64,000 bases of DNA from an uncultured Chloroflexota bacterium (lineage in GTDB: Bacteria > Chloroflexota > Anaerolineae > Caldilineales > Caldilineaceae): NCBI GenBank assembly GCA_903879975.1, contig CAIRNL010000705.1:19513-83512 (forward strand). Direction: 5' to 3'. This document shows, piece after piece, positions 8,501 through 17,953 of this stretch. The position numbers were made by a program, and so were the translations under genes. The first letter of the stretch is position 1, and the number at the start of each line of letters is the position of its first letter. Below the pieces are notes generated by a model, which was not told where the DNA came from, searched no databases, and worked only from the letters and a program-made list of their open reading frames with translations.

Positions 8501-10532
8501 ACTGCCGTGGCTTCATGCCCAGCAGCCGAAGGCCATTGGCTACGACGATCAAGGTGCTGCCCTCGTGGCCGACAACACCCAACGGTAGCGGCAGCAGGAA
8601 GTCCGCAATGAACAGCGGCAACAGAATCGTGCTCAAGACAAGTGCGACAATCACGCTCACCGAGAAGATCACATTCTGGCGAATGATGCGTTCGGCTTTG
8701 CGGCTCAGTTGCAGCGTGAAGGGCAGCTTGGACAGGTCACTGGACATCAGTACCACATCCGCTGTCTCCAACGCAACGTCGGTGCCGCCAGCGCCCATGG
8801 CAATGCCGACCTGCGCCGTTGCAAGCGCTGGCGCATCGTTCACACCGTCACCGATCATGGCGACGTTACCTTGCTTGCGCAACTCTTTCACTAATTCGAG
8901 CTTCTGTTCGGGCAACAGGTCGGCATAGACTTCGTCGATGCCGACCTGACCGGCAATGTAGCTGGCCGCCGCGTGATTGTCCCCTGTCATCATCACAATG
9001 TGCCGGATGCCATTGGCGCGCAGTTGCTTGACCATCTCCCCTGCATTGGCTCGCAGCGCATCGGCTACGGCAATGTAGCCCATGACTTCCCAATCGCGGT
9101 CGGCACCCAGTGTGTCAGCCACCGTGCTTCGTCGCACCACGAGCATCACGGTCTTGCCTTGGCGTTGTAAGGCATTGCCGATCATGCGAATTGCCGGCGA
9201 CAGCTCCATTTCTTGATTCATGAACAGCCGATCGTTGCCAATATACAGGGTCTCGATATGGCCGCCGCGGTCAAAGCGCGCCATGATCCCCTCCCCTGGC
9301 AGCGCCCTGAAATCAATTGGTTTGTCCAACGGCAGGCCCAGTTCACTGGCCTTTTCAAGCACCGCCTTGGCGATGTGGTGCTCGCTCAGTGTCTCGGCGC
9401 TGGCTGCGACTCGCAGCAGATTCTCGACGGTATGACTGGTGAGCGGATGGATATTCGTCACGACCGGGCGACCGGGCGTCAACGTGCCCGTCTTGTCGAA
9501 GGCGATGATGTCCGTCTTGCCCATGAGTTCCAGATAGGCGCCGCCCTTGAACAGGACGCCCTGCCGGGCTGCAGCCGCAATCGCACTCAGCGCACTGGCC
9601 GGTGTACTGATCACCAGCGCACATGGACTCGCCACGACCAACAGCGTCATGGCGCGATAGAGCGTCGTCGAAAACGGCTCGTCGAGCAAAAAATAGGGTA
9701 GAACCATGGCCAGCAGCGTGGCGCTGATGACGGCATAGGTGTAGGGCTGGCTGAAGCGGTCGATGAATTGCTGGGTGGGCGTGGCATCCTCGCGTGCATC
9801 CTGCACCAGCGTGATGATGCGGCTCAGCGTGCTCTCGGATGCCAGCTTGGTCACCTCGATCTCCAGCGCTCCGCCGCCATTGATCGTGCCGGCAAAGACC
9901 TGGTCGGCGGCATGTTTGCTGACCGGCAGGCTCTCCCCCGTGATGGCACTCTGATCGATACTGCTGCTCCCGCCGATGACGACGCCGTCCACTGGCAGGC
10001 GATCGCCCGGTCTGACCAACACGATGTCGCCAATGACCAGTTCTTCAACCGGTACAACCATCTCGCCACGATCACGCCGTACCAGCGCCGTGGCCGGCCG
10101 TAACTTGCCAAGCGACTCGATGGCCTTGCGCGTGCGACCCATCGCGTAGGTCTCCAGCGCCCCACTCAGCGTAAAAAGAAAAAGCAGCAGGGCGCCTTCC
10201 ACCCACTCGTTGATCAGTGCAGCCCCCAGTGCTGCAGCCAGCATCAGAAAGTCGATGTCGAACTTTCCCTCCCTGGCCTGCGCCCACGCACCGACAAAGC
10301 CTGAATAGCCACCCGCCACAAATGCGATCACGGCCAGCGTTGTGACCGACCACGCCGGCAGGGCGCCCGTCACCTCACCGCCGAGCCAGCCGGCGAGCAG
10401 TGCTGCCAATGTGATGCCGGCCAGCACAAATTCATAGTTTTCCTTCCAGAATCCGAGCGTGCGCCATGCGGGTCGCTCACCGGATGAAAGTGCCTGGTAT
10501 GCTGTATTGCCTTCAGCGGTCGAGGTCGTCAT
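8499..10532 (-). CDS. Heavy-metal P1B-4-type ATPase (Co/Zn/Fe efflux class)
   Basis: TGES, SPC in VVASPCAL, DKTGT, GDGVNDAP and HEGST; no N-terminal metal-binding domain. Confidence 0.92.
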   Translation of the reverse strand: MTTSTAEGNTAYQALSSGERPAWRTLGFWKENYEFVLAGITLAALLAGWLGGEVTGALPAWSVTTLAVIAFVAGGYSGFVGAWAQAREGKFDIDFLMLAAALGAALINEWVEGALLLFLFTLSGALETYAMGRTRKAIESLGKLRPATALVRRDRGEMVVPVEELVIGDIVLVRPGDRLPVDGVVIGGSSSIDQSAITGESLPVSKHAADQVFAGTINGGGALEIEVTKLASESTLSRIITLVQDAREDATPTQQFIDRFSQPYTYAVISATLLAMVLPYFLLDEPFSTTLYRAMTLLVVASPCALVISTPASALSAIAAAARQGVLFKGGAYLELMGKTDIIAFDKTGTLTPGRPVVTNIHPLTSHTVENLLRVAASAETLSEHHIAKAVLEKASELGLPLDKPIDFRALPGEGIMARFDRGGHIETLYIGNDRLFMNQEMELSPAIRMIGNALQRQGKTVMLVVRRSTVADTLGADRDWEVMGYIAVADALRANAGEMVKQLRANGIRHIVMMTGDNHAAASYIAGQVGIDEVYADLLPEQKLELVKELRKQGNVAMIGDGVNDAPALATAQVGIAMGAGGTDVALETADVVLMSSDLSKLPFTLQLSRKAERIIRQNVIFSVSVIVALVLSTILLPLFIADFLLPLPLGVVGHEGSTLIVVANGLRLLGMKPRQ

Positions 10533-10599
10533 GAACTTCTCCTCTTCTTGGGTGCAGACCCTGCATACAGAGGTGCCTGCTCGGTGGTATCAGCAATCC

Positions 10600-11109
10600 T
10601 CAGTCAGGTTGTCTGCTGGTGGGCTGGCTGGCCAGTTTCCGAATCTCGGCCAGACGCTGAGCACGGCACTCAGCGCAGAAGCCGACGAGATCGACTTTGG
10701 CGGCTGCAGTCTGAAATCCTGTCTCGTGCAGCACCCTCTCGCCCAACAGGTTTACATCGAGCTGTCCGCGGAAGTCGATGATCGTGTGGCAGCGCAGGCA
10801 AATCAGATTGACGTGCGGCTCTGGGTTGGTGTCGTAATGAATCTGATCGGACCCAAAACTGATCTCGACGATTGCGCCAAGTTCCTGCAACACGTTGAGC
10901 GTATTGTAGACGGTTGCCCGGCTGATTTCTGGATGCGTGAGCGCCAAGTCTTCGTAAAGATCATAGGCAGAAGGGTGGCGGTCGGTCATAGCAAGCCATG
11001 TGCAGATCGCTCTTCGTTGGGGAGTGAGCCGTAGCCCAGCCTGCTTAAGAACTTGCAGGAGACGGTCGTTTTTTGCCTGCGTCATGCTGCTTTCCACGTC
11101 TGTCTCCAT
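10600..11109 (-). CDS. Fur-family regulator, PerR-like
   Basis: GLRLTPQR..I, HPSA, ISRATVYNTL, H.NL.C..C and GFC.EC zinc site. Confidence 0.9.
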   Translation of the reverse strand: METDVESSMTQAKNDRLLQVLKQAGLRLTPQRRAICTWLAMTDRHPSAYDLYEDLALTHPEISRATVYNTLNVLQELGAIVEISFGSDQIHYDTNPEPHVNLICLRCHTIIDFRGQLDVNLLGERVLHETGFQTAAAKVDLVGFCAECRAQRLAEIRKLASQPTSRQPD

Positions 11110-11205
11110 CTTGTTTTCTCTTGTCCGCCGGCCATCTTGGTGGCCGCCCAAATCCTACGTTCCGATCGTTGCAGAGCTGTCTTCGCCATGATCTGACGCG
11201 TTATT

Positions 11206-11280
11206 TTAGAATGAATCCAATGTAGGGTGATGATAGCACCGACCGGCATGCCAGTCAATTTGAGTTTAGACTGATTCTAA
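11206..11280 (-). promoter_or_regulatory. Promoter of the Fur/PerR-ATPase operon flanked by two 7-1-7 Per/Fur-like boxes
   Basis: Minus strand TTGACT (11258-11253)-17 nt-TATCAT (11235-11230); boxes TTAGAATGAATCCAA (11206-11220) and TTAGACTGATTCTAA (11266-11280). Confidence 0.7.
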
Positions 11281-11340
11281 TGAGTGCGGGTAGCTTCACC
11301 CCCTGGTAGAGTTGAAATTGTCGGCAGTGTTGATTTTCCT

Positions 11341-11369
11341 TTGACATGCCCTGTGAACTCTGCTAAGAT
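11341..11369 (+). promoter_or_regulatory. Putative sigma70 promoter upstream of the cox region
   Basis: TTGACA-17 nt-TAAGAT. Confidence 0.6.
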
Positions 11370-11407
11370 CGCCACGCATTTTGACTGGAAATCAGGTAAA
11401 CTGACCT

Positions 11408-11755
11408 ATGATCCGCTATGTTGTGACATCTGCCATGTTTCTAGTGATATTCTGTTGGCTGCTGCTCAGCTACATGCCACAGGTCGCTGGTCGCCTGCCG
11501 CAGCTTTCGCTCAACGGCGAGATCGGCACAGGGTTGTTGCCCCTGTTGACAGCCTTGACCCTGCTGGTGTTCTTGGTTCTTCAGGCTGAACTTGTCGGTG
11601 CGACGATCAGGATGTTTCGTTGCCGCCGCAATTCCGTTGAGGGGGAAGCGATTGCACTTTTCCGCCTGACGCACGGCCGAGAAGTGTTCTGGACCATAGT
11701 TCCTCTGCTGTCAACGGTTGCCTTGGTGGGGTGGCTGTGGGCAGCACGTCCGTAA
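11408..11755 (+). CDS. Small multi-TM membrane protein with a COX2-TM-like C-terminal helix
   Basis: Three hydrophobic segments; EVFWTIVPLL resembles EIIWTVVPLV in the adjacent CoxB. Confidence 0.6.
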   Translation: MIRYVVTSAMFLVIFCWLLLSYMPQVAGRLPQLSLNGEIGTGLLPLLTALTLLVFLVLQAELVGATIRMFRCRRNSVEGEAIALFRLTHGREVFWTIVPLLSTVALVGWLWAARP

Positions 11756-11877
11756 ATCTGCCCACGGCTGTGAAGCAAGATTACGGTAGCTTGTGTTGTA
11801 ATGTTGTAAAACATTCTTGTTTGACATACAGCATGTTGTGATTCTCACTGACTAGCAATACAGGAGTAAGAGAAACG

Positions 11878-12627
11878 ATGCTGAAGTTGCCTCAGACATC
11901 AACTGACCGTCGACATTTTATCATTGTCGGGGTTCTGACCGTGGTTGGCACGGTCGTCCTGGGATTCTTTTTACTAGCAATCTTGCCGGTCAAAGCGCAG
12001 AACTCGGTTCAAGCTGAGCCAATTGCCTGGCTCTTCCAGGTGCACGTCTGGCTGATTGCCTTCCTTTTCTCATTAGTTGTCGCCTTCATGCTCTACTCAC
12101 TCTTCGTCTTCCGCCGTCGCAAGAATGACGACTCGGACGGGGAACACTTCGAAGGAAATACGGCTCTTGAGATCATCTGGACCGTCGTGCCGCTGGTACT
12201 GGTCGTCGTCTTCTCATTCATTGGTATTCAGACCCTGAATGATACGACGAGCGGCGGCAATGAGATTCAGGTGAAGGCGACCGGCTTGCAGTGGTCATGG
12301 AGGTTTGATTATCCGAACGGTGTGACGAGCGCTGAGATGGTGTTGCCGGTCGATAAACCTGTCCTGATTTCTCTGGAAGCACAAGATGTCATTCACTCAT
12401 TCTGGGTGGCGGAATGGGGGCCGAAGCAGGATCTCGTGCCTGGTATGACTACGACGCTCCACATCACGCCGAACACGGTGGGCGAATATAAGCTGCGCTG
12501 CACTGAACTGTGTGGTCTCTCGCATTGGAGCATGTTGGCGGACGTTCGCGTCGTACCGGAGGACGAATATACGGCGTGGATGGATCAAAAACTGGCCGAG
12601 CAGAATTTGCAGACGGTCAGTCGATAG
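11878..12627 (+). CDS. coxB: Cytochrome c oxidase subunit II (CuA; no fused cytochrome c)
   Basis: QWSWRFDY, DVIHSFWV and the CuA motif CTELCGLSHWSM; AGGAG RBS. Confidence 0.96.
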   Translation: MLKLPQTSTDRRHFIIVGVLTVVGTVVLGFFLLAILPVKAQNSVQAEPIAWLFQVHVWLIAFLFSLVVAFMLYSLFVFRRRKNDDSDGEHFEGNTALEIIWTVVPLVLVVVFSFIGIQTLNDTTSGGNEIQVKATGLQWSWRFDYPNGVTSAEMVLPVDKPVLISLEAQDVIHSFWVAEWGPKQDLVPGMTTTLHITPNTVGEYKLRCTELCGLSHWSMLADVRVVPEDEYTAWMDQKLAEQNLQTVSR

Positions 12628-12712
12628 GATTGCTGGGTTTTCATCTGCAATCAGACGCTTTTCGAAGCATCCCTGAGTTGTCCAGTAGGTGCGTGAAGGA
12701 GAGAAACCGACT

Positions 12713-14575
12713 ATGAGACTAACCTCTCTTGGACTGGTGCGTGGACTCATCGGCTACTTTGTCGGTCTTGTCATCGGCATGGCAGTGGTTGTGGCTGGGC
12801 GCCTTCTGTTGGGAATGGAGGCGTGGAACCCGGAAGCTGTCTGGGTTGGCGGCATCATCTCTGCGCTGATGGGTTTCCTACTAGCGATTGGTGCTATGTC
12901 GGACTGGTTCACGTGGATGCGTGGTGGCGACACCCCACTCCGGCATGGACCGCCAGAAGGGAAACCGGCATGGACGCGCTACTTCGCGGTGGACTACAAC
13001 CACAAGGTGATCGGAATTCAGTATGGTGTTACCGGCCTGATCTTGTTATTGGTCGGCGGTAGTTTTGCCCTGGTTTTCCGCACCGAGCTGGCCGACACCG
13101 GCATCTCTTTCCTACAACCCGGCACGTACAACACCTTCCTGAGCATGCACGGCTGGGTTGCCTTGGCCGCTATCTTGCTCGGCGTCGGTGGCATGGCCAA
13201 CTATCTGGTGCCGCTGATGATCGGCGCTGAGGACATGGCCTTCCCACGCTTGAATGCCTTCGCCTACTGGATCAACGTACCGGCTGTTATCACACTGCTG
13301 CTGAGCATGCTCTTCGGCTGGGATTCGGGGTGGACGGCCTACCCACCGTTGAGCCTGCGTGGCCCGGTTGGTTACCAGTTTATGTTCCTGGCAATTTTCG
13401 TCGTCGGCCTGTCGTCCATTCTGGGCTCGCTCAACATCATTGTGACGATGCTGATGATGCGCCCCAAGGGAATGACGCTCTTCCGCATGCCGATTTTCTG
13501 CTGGGCAATTCTGGCGACGAGCCTGATTCAGCTCACAGCGACGCAGCTCATCGGTCAGGCTTTCCTGATGCTCTCCTTCGAGCGCTCGCTGGGCATGCCA
13601 TTCTTCAATCCACTGTACAACGCAGCTGGCGAGAATATCGGCGGGCAGCCGTTACTCTTCCAGAATCTCTTCTGGTTCTACTCGCACCCGGCTGTCTATG
13701 TCTTTGTGCTGCCCGGTCTTGGGGTGATCAGTGAACTGCTGCCCGTCTTCTCCCGCAAGCCCCTCTTCGGTTACCGCTGGGTAGCTCTCTCAAGCCTGGC
13801 GATTGCCCTGGTAGGTTTTCTGGTGTGGGGGCATCACATGTTCACGTCGGGCTACCAGCCCTACCTGCGTGTGGTCTTCATGATCTCGACGCTGCTGGTG
13901 GCGGTGCCGACAGGCGTCAAGTTTTTCAGTTGGCTGGGCACGTTGTGGGGCGGCCGGTTGACCTTCCCAACGCCTATGCTCTTCACATTGGGTGCCATCT
14001 CAGTCTTCCTCATCGGTGGTCTGAGCGGCCCGATTCTGGCGACAGCGGCGACCGATCTCTTCCTGCACGATACCTACTTCGTGGTCGGCCACTTCCATGC
14101 CACGATTTTCGGCGGCTTCGTCTTCCCATTCTTCGCTGCCATTTACTTCTGGTATCCGAAGATTACCGGGCGCATGTACAACGAGACGTTGGGCAAGATT
14201 CACTTTTGGCTCATGACGCCAGGCTTCTGGCTGATGAGCTTGGCGCAGATGACTACCGGCACCATGGGCATGCGCCGACGCATCGCCGACTACGACCCAG
14301 CGCTCGGCGTGGAGAATATTCAGCTTCTGGTCACGATCTCTGGCTTCATCATCGCCTTCTCGATCTTGATCATGATCTACAATCTGTTCACTAGTGCTGA
14401 GATTGGCGCAACCGCTGGGAATAATCCCTGGCGTTCGCGGTCACCGGAATGGCAGATTCCGTCGCCCGTGCCGGAGCACAGCTACGCCAAGCCCATCTCT
14501 GTGGTTGGCGACCCGTATGACTATGGCCTGGCTGGGTCTACCTACATCGCAATGGCAGGCGCTGGTGATGACTGA
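12713..14575 (+). CDS. coxA: Cytochrome c oxidase subunit I, A2-type, with extra N-terminal TM helices
   Basis: HKVIG, DMAFPRLN, GWTAYPPL, FWFYSHPAVY, VWGHHM, HDTYFVVGHFH and GMRRR; AAGGAG RBS. Confidence 0.96.
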   Translation: MRLTSLGLVRGLIGYFVGLVIGMAVVVAGRLLLGMEAWNPEAVWVGGIISALMGFLLAIGAMSDWFTWMRGGDTPLRHGPPEGKPAWTRYFAVDYNHKVIGIQYGVTGLILLLVGGSFALVFRTELADTGISFLQPGTYNTFLSMHGWVALAAILLGVGGMANYLVPLMIGAEDMAFPRLNAFAYWINVPAVITLLLSMLFGWDSGWTAYPPLSLRGPVGYQFMFLAIFVVGLSSILGSLNIIVTMLMMRPKGMTLFRMPIFCWAILATSLIQLTATQLIGQAFLMLSFERSLGMPFFNPLYNAAGENIGGQPLLFQNLFWFYSHPAVYVFVLPGLGVISELLPVFSRKPLFGYRWVALSSLAIALVGFLVWGHHMFTSGYQPYLRVVFMISTLLVAVPTGVKFFSWLGTLWGGRLTFPTPMLFTLGAISVFLIGGLSGPILATAATDLFLHDTYFVVGHFHATIFGGFVFPFFAAIYFWYPKITGRMYNETLGKIHFWLMTPGFWLMSLAQMTTGTMGMRRRIADYDPALGVENIQLLVTISGFIIAFSILIMIYNLFTSAEIGATAGNNPWRSRSPEWQIPSPVPEHSYAKPISVVGDPYDYGLAGSTYIAMAGAGDD

Positions 14576-14667
14576 GTGATTGGTTGTGCTCCTATTGTTC
14601 GTTTGTTGCCCCCGCTATCAGGGGGGAGCACGAGCAATGGGAGCACCCATATCGAAGGATACCTCTT

Positions 14668-14883
14668 ATGGCACAGAAGCAAAACACACATAAACAGAGC
14701 GGATACGCTCAAGTCATCATCATTGGGATTATCCTGGCTGTGTTGACGGTGATCGAGTACTTCATGGGACTCTACCATGTTGGCGCAACGTTGCTCATGT
14801 TGATCGCCGCGCTGAAGGCAATCCTGGTTATCTACTTCTTTATGCACGTGAGCCGCTTGTGGACAGCGGAAGGAGAGCACTAG
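14668..14883 (+). CDS. Cytochrome c oxidase subunit IV family protein
   Basis: 71 aa with LAVLTVIEY...A.LKA.LV..FFMH; lies inside the cox operon. Confidence 0.85.
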   Translation: MAQKQNTHKQSGYAQVIIIGIILAVLTVIEYFMGLYHVGATLLMLIAALKAILVIYFFMHVSRLWTAEGEH

Positions 14884-14886
14884 ACC

Positions 14887-15540
14887 ATGGCCGCTGTCAC
14901 AACTACTGCGCCTGCAGCCAACCTGCACGTCCTCGACAAGGATGCCCACGCCGGACATGACAACTATGCGCACCAATTGCGCATGAACCGCCTGGGACTG
15001 TGGCTCTTCTTTATTTCGGAAGCCTTCCTGTTCGGTGGTTTGCTGGCGACACGGTTCTATCTGTGGGGCGCCGATTCTCGTCCAGAGCTCGACCAGACGA
15101 TCGGCCTGATTGTCACGTCCGTGCTTCTGGTCAGCAGTATCTCTATGCGCCTGGCTGAAACGGCTATGGAGCGGGGCGATCGCAGGGCGTTTTCGATTTT
15201 TATCCTGGTGACTGCTGTATTCGGCACGATCTTCCTCGGCGGCGTGATGGTCTTCGAGTGGGGACTGTTTCCTGCTCTCTATCAGGGGCACCTGACTCCC
15301 TGGGGCGACAAGTACGGCGCTGTGGTCTTCGCAATGACTGGCATGCACGCCTTGCACGTGATCTCCGGTATCGTATTTATCCTGATCGTTTGGAATCTGG
15401 CGCGTAAGGGCCACTACTCGCCCGAACGGCACTGGGGTGTCGAGTCGTGCGCGATTTACTGGCACTACGTCGATGTGGTCTGGATTTTCTTCTACCCAGC
15501 CCTTTACTTGATCGGCAATGCAGTGCACGTGGCGCATTGA
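14887..15540 (+). CDS. coxC: Cytochrome c oxidase subunit III
   Basis: GLWLFFISE..LF, TGMHALHV and YWHYVDVVWIF. Confidence 0.93.
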   Translation: MAAVTTTAPAANLHVLDKDAHAGHDNYAHQLRMNRLGLWLFFISEAFLFGGLLATRFYLWGADSRPELDQTIGLIVTSVLLVSSISMRLAETAMERGDRRAFSIFILVTAVFGTIFLGGVMVFEWGLFPALYQGHLTPWGDKYGAVVFAMTGMHALHVISGIVFILIVWNLARKGHYSPERHWGVESCAIYWHYVDVVWIFFYPALYLIGNAVHVAH

Positions 15541-15565
15541 GCTCGCTCGCTTTTGTCGAGGTTAC

Positions 15566-15622
15566 GCGATGCGTAATGTGTGAGGCGGCATAGCCCGGAC
15601 ACACATTACGCATCGCTTTTTT
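15566..15622 (+). terminator. Intra-operon 17-bp perfect hairpin with T6 tail
   Basis: GCGATGCGTAATGTGTG (15566-15582) / CACACATTACGCATCGC (15600-15616), then TTTTTT. Confidence 0.8.
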
Positions 15623-15629
15623 GCAGGAC

Positions 15630-16538
15630 ATGGTCATGCATCCGTTGTGGAAGGCGCTTTTCGCACCCTGGGAGCTACGCTGGGAAATTCTTCTCCCCCT
15701 GCTGCTTTTGGCCTCCATTTATGCCGTCGGCTGGCTGCGCCTCCGCCGGCATAGCCGCAGCCGGATGCTCGCTACTCGCTGGCGCATGGTTGCCTATTAT
15801 GCCGGCCTGGCGTCGCTGGCCCTGGCACTCATGTCCCCCATCGACTGGCTGGGCAGCCAGTTGCTCATCATGCATATGGTGCAGCACAAGATTCTGGTCA
15901 TGGTCTCGGCGCCGTTGATCTGGCTCGGCAATCCCTTCCCAATTGCCATGTGGGGGATTCCACGTCCGCTGCGGAACGGGGTGACACTGGCGCTGGCCGG
16001 CGATTCGCTGACGCGCCGCGCACTCACGGTCAGCAGCCAACCGGCTATCTGTTGGCTGCTCTTCACCTTTATCTATCTGGGCTGGCACGATCCGGGCCTC
16101 TACAACCTGGCGTTGAGTGTCGGATGGGTGCACAATCTCGAGCACCTTACCTTCTTCCTGGGCGCGATGTTCTTTTGGTGGCCCGTCCTCAACGGCGCGC
16201 CACGGCTGCATAAAAGCATGCCGTACTGGGGGCGCATTCTCTACGTGCTGGTCCTTGTGCCGCCCAACGCGATTGCGGGCTTTGCCATCGCCAACTCGTC
16301 AGAGGTCATCTATACCTACTACAATTCAGTGCCTCGTCTTTTTGGCATGACCGCGTTGGAAGATCAGATGATCGGCGGCGCTATCATGTGGGTGTGGAGT
16401 AGCGAGATGATGATCAACGTGGCCATGATTATGCTGGGGGTCATGTTTTACCGCGAGAAAAAGCGCAAGAAACGTCCGGTTGCCGTCGCTCGTGTTCATC
16501 CGGCCCGTCGCGCGGAGCAGATGGAGGTTATCGGCTGA
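15630..16538 (+). CDS. ctaG: Cytochrome c oxidase assembly factor, CtaG/Caa3_CtaG family
   Basis: SPID...HMVQH.IL...APL, WH.P.LY, HNLEH..F...FWW and DQ..GG.IMW. Confidence 0.88.
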   Translation: MVMHPLWKALFAPWELRWEILLPLLLLASIYAVGWLRLRRHSRSRMLATRWRMVAYYAGLASLALALMSPIDWLGSQLLIMHMVQHKILVMVSAPLIWLGNPFPIAMWGIPRPLRNGVTLALAGDSLTRRALTVSSQPAICWLLFTFIYLGWHDPGLYNLALSVGWVHNLEHLTFFLGAMFFWWPVLNGAPRLHKSMPYWGRILYVLVLVPPNAIAGFAIANSSEVIYTYYNSVPRLFGMTALEDQMIGGAIMWVWSSEMMINVAMIMLGVMFYREKKRKKRPVAVARVHPARRAEQMEVIG

Positions 16539-17090
16539 ATGCAATCACAACGGATGGCCGGGCGCATTCGCGTTGTGTTGGCGCTGTGGCTTGCCCTTGG
16601 ACTGCTCACTGTGACGACGGACATCAGTCGTGCGCATGGCGGCGGAGCCTCACAGTTGAGCGATGTGCCGGCAGGTCCCTTCCGGTTGTTTGTATGGACC
16701 AGCCCTGATCCCTGGCGCGCCGGCGGTGAGGCACACGTGACTGTTGCTGTTACCAGCCTCGACCCCGCTGGCCAGACGATTCCCGTCGCTGACGCCACCG
16801 TTGTGATCGAACTGATGCCTGTTGGCGCTCCGGAACGGGCGATTGTGTTGGCAGCGACCCCAAGCGTTGGGGCTGGTTTTTACGAAGGAGACACGTCCCT
16901 GCTACAGGCTGGCGAATGGGATGTGTCGGTCAAGGTTTCATCTGTGGCCGGTGCGGGCGAGGCCGGCTTTGCCTACCGGGTATTGCCTGGCAGCCAGATC
17001 AACTGGCTGCTCTGGCTGGGTAGTGCGCTCGCCGTGCTTGCACTGATTGGCTATTGGGGCACGCGACACTCGCAAAAATCTCCGGTCTGA
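16539..17090 (+). CDS. Secreted, C-terminally anchored protein with an Ig-like (YtkA/FixH-like) domain
   Basis: Signal peptide ending SRA-HGGG; G.YE......AGEW.V.V.V strand pattern; C-terminal TM helix; cox assembly context. Confidence 0.55.
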   Translation: MQSQRMAGRIRVVLALWLALGLLTVTTDISRAHGGGASQLSDVPAGPFRLFVWTSPDPWRAGGEAHVTVAVTSLDPAGQTIPVADATVVIELMPVGAPERAIVLAATPSVGAGFYEGDTSLLQAGEWDVSVKVSSVAGAGEAGFAYRVLPGSQINWLLWLGSALAVLALIGYWGTRHSQKSPV

Positions 17091-17117
17091 TGCGAGTGCC
17101 GTGTTGCGTGGGAGTTC

Positions 17118-17936
17118 ATGGTGGAAATTCTTAAAATTTTCGGTAGAAAATGGATTCTGCTCACAATTCTGGTTGCTTTGTCGATGGTTCTCTTCGTATG
17201 GTTGGGTTTCTGGCAACTCGACCGCCTGGACCAGAAACGTACCTATAACGCCACGATGGCCGAGCGTTGGCATCAAATCCCATTTGATCTGAACGCCGTG
17301 CTGTTACCTCAGAATCTGGACGATCTGGAGTTTCGACGTATCCAGGCCGAAGGCTATTTCGACTACGCCAACCAGATCATTCTCAAGAGTCAGATTTACT
17401 ACGATGCACCTGGTATTGCCCTGGTCACCCCATTTGTCTTTGCCGAAGGCCGTGCCATCCTGGTGGCTCGTGGCTGGGTGCCGGCAGATCAAACTTCGCC
17501 GCAGTCCCTGGCGCAGATGGTGGAACCCAGTGGGGCGCCCGTGATCGGGCTGATCAAGCCGTCGCAGGCACCGCCCAATGGCCAGCCGTCGACGCCGCCG
17601 GATACCCCACAGGCTGAATGGTTCCGCATCGATATTCCAGCGATTCAAGCGCAGATGCCGTACGCGCTCGAGCCAGCTTGGATTCAGCAACTGCCTGAAA
17701 CAGGCCGGCCAATCGACAAACTGCCGATTCGCGAGGAACCCATGGCGCTCAACGAGGGTAACCATATGAGCTATGCTGTACAATGGTTTTCGTTTGCCCT
17801 GATTGCCGGTTTCGGCTATATAATGTTGGTTCGATACCGAGAACGGCTGGCTCTGCGTCCGCAGCCGGACGAGGCTGCCGTGGCCGGAGCCGCTGAGCAG
17901 TCCAGTGTGGGCCAGAGGCTGTCACCTGAATCATAG
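17118..17936 (+). CDS. SURF1-family cytochrome oxidase biogenesis protein
   Basis: LGFWQLDRL..K, LVTPF, LV.RGWVP and NH.SYA.QWF.FA. Confidence 0.93.
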   Translation: MVEILKIFGRKWILLTILVALSMVLFVWLGFWQLDRLDQKRTYNATMAERWHQIPFDLNAVLLPQNLDDLEFRRIQAEGYFDYANQIILKSQIYYDAPGIALVTPFVFAEGRAILVARGWVPADQTSPQSLAQMVEPSGAPVIGLIKPSQAPPNGQPSTPPDTPQAEWFRIDIPAIQAQMPYALEPAWIQQLPETGRPIDKLPIREEPMALNEGNHMSYAVQWFSFALIAGFGYIMLVRYRERLALRPQPDEAAVAGAAEQSSVGQRLSPES

Positions 17937-17953
17937 CTTGGTTAGTACATAAA

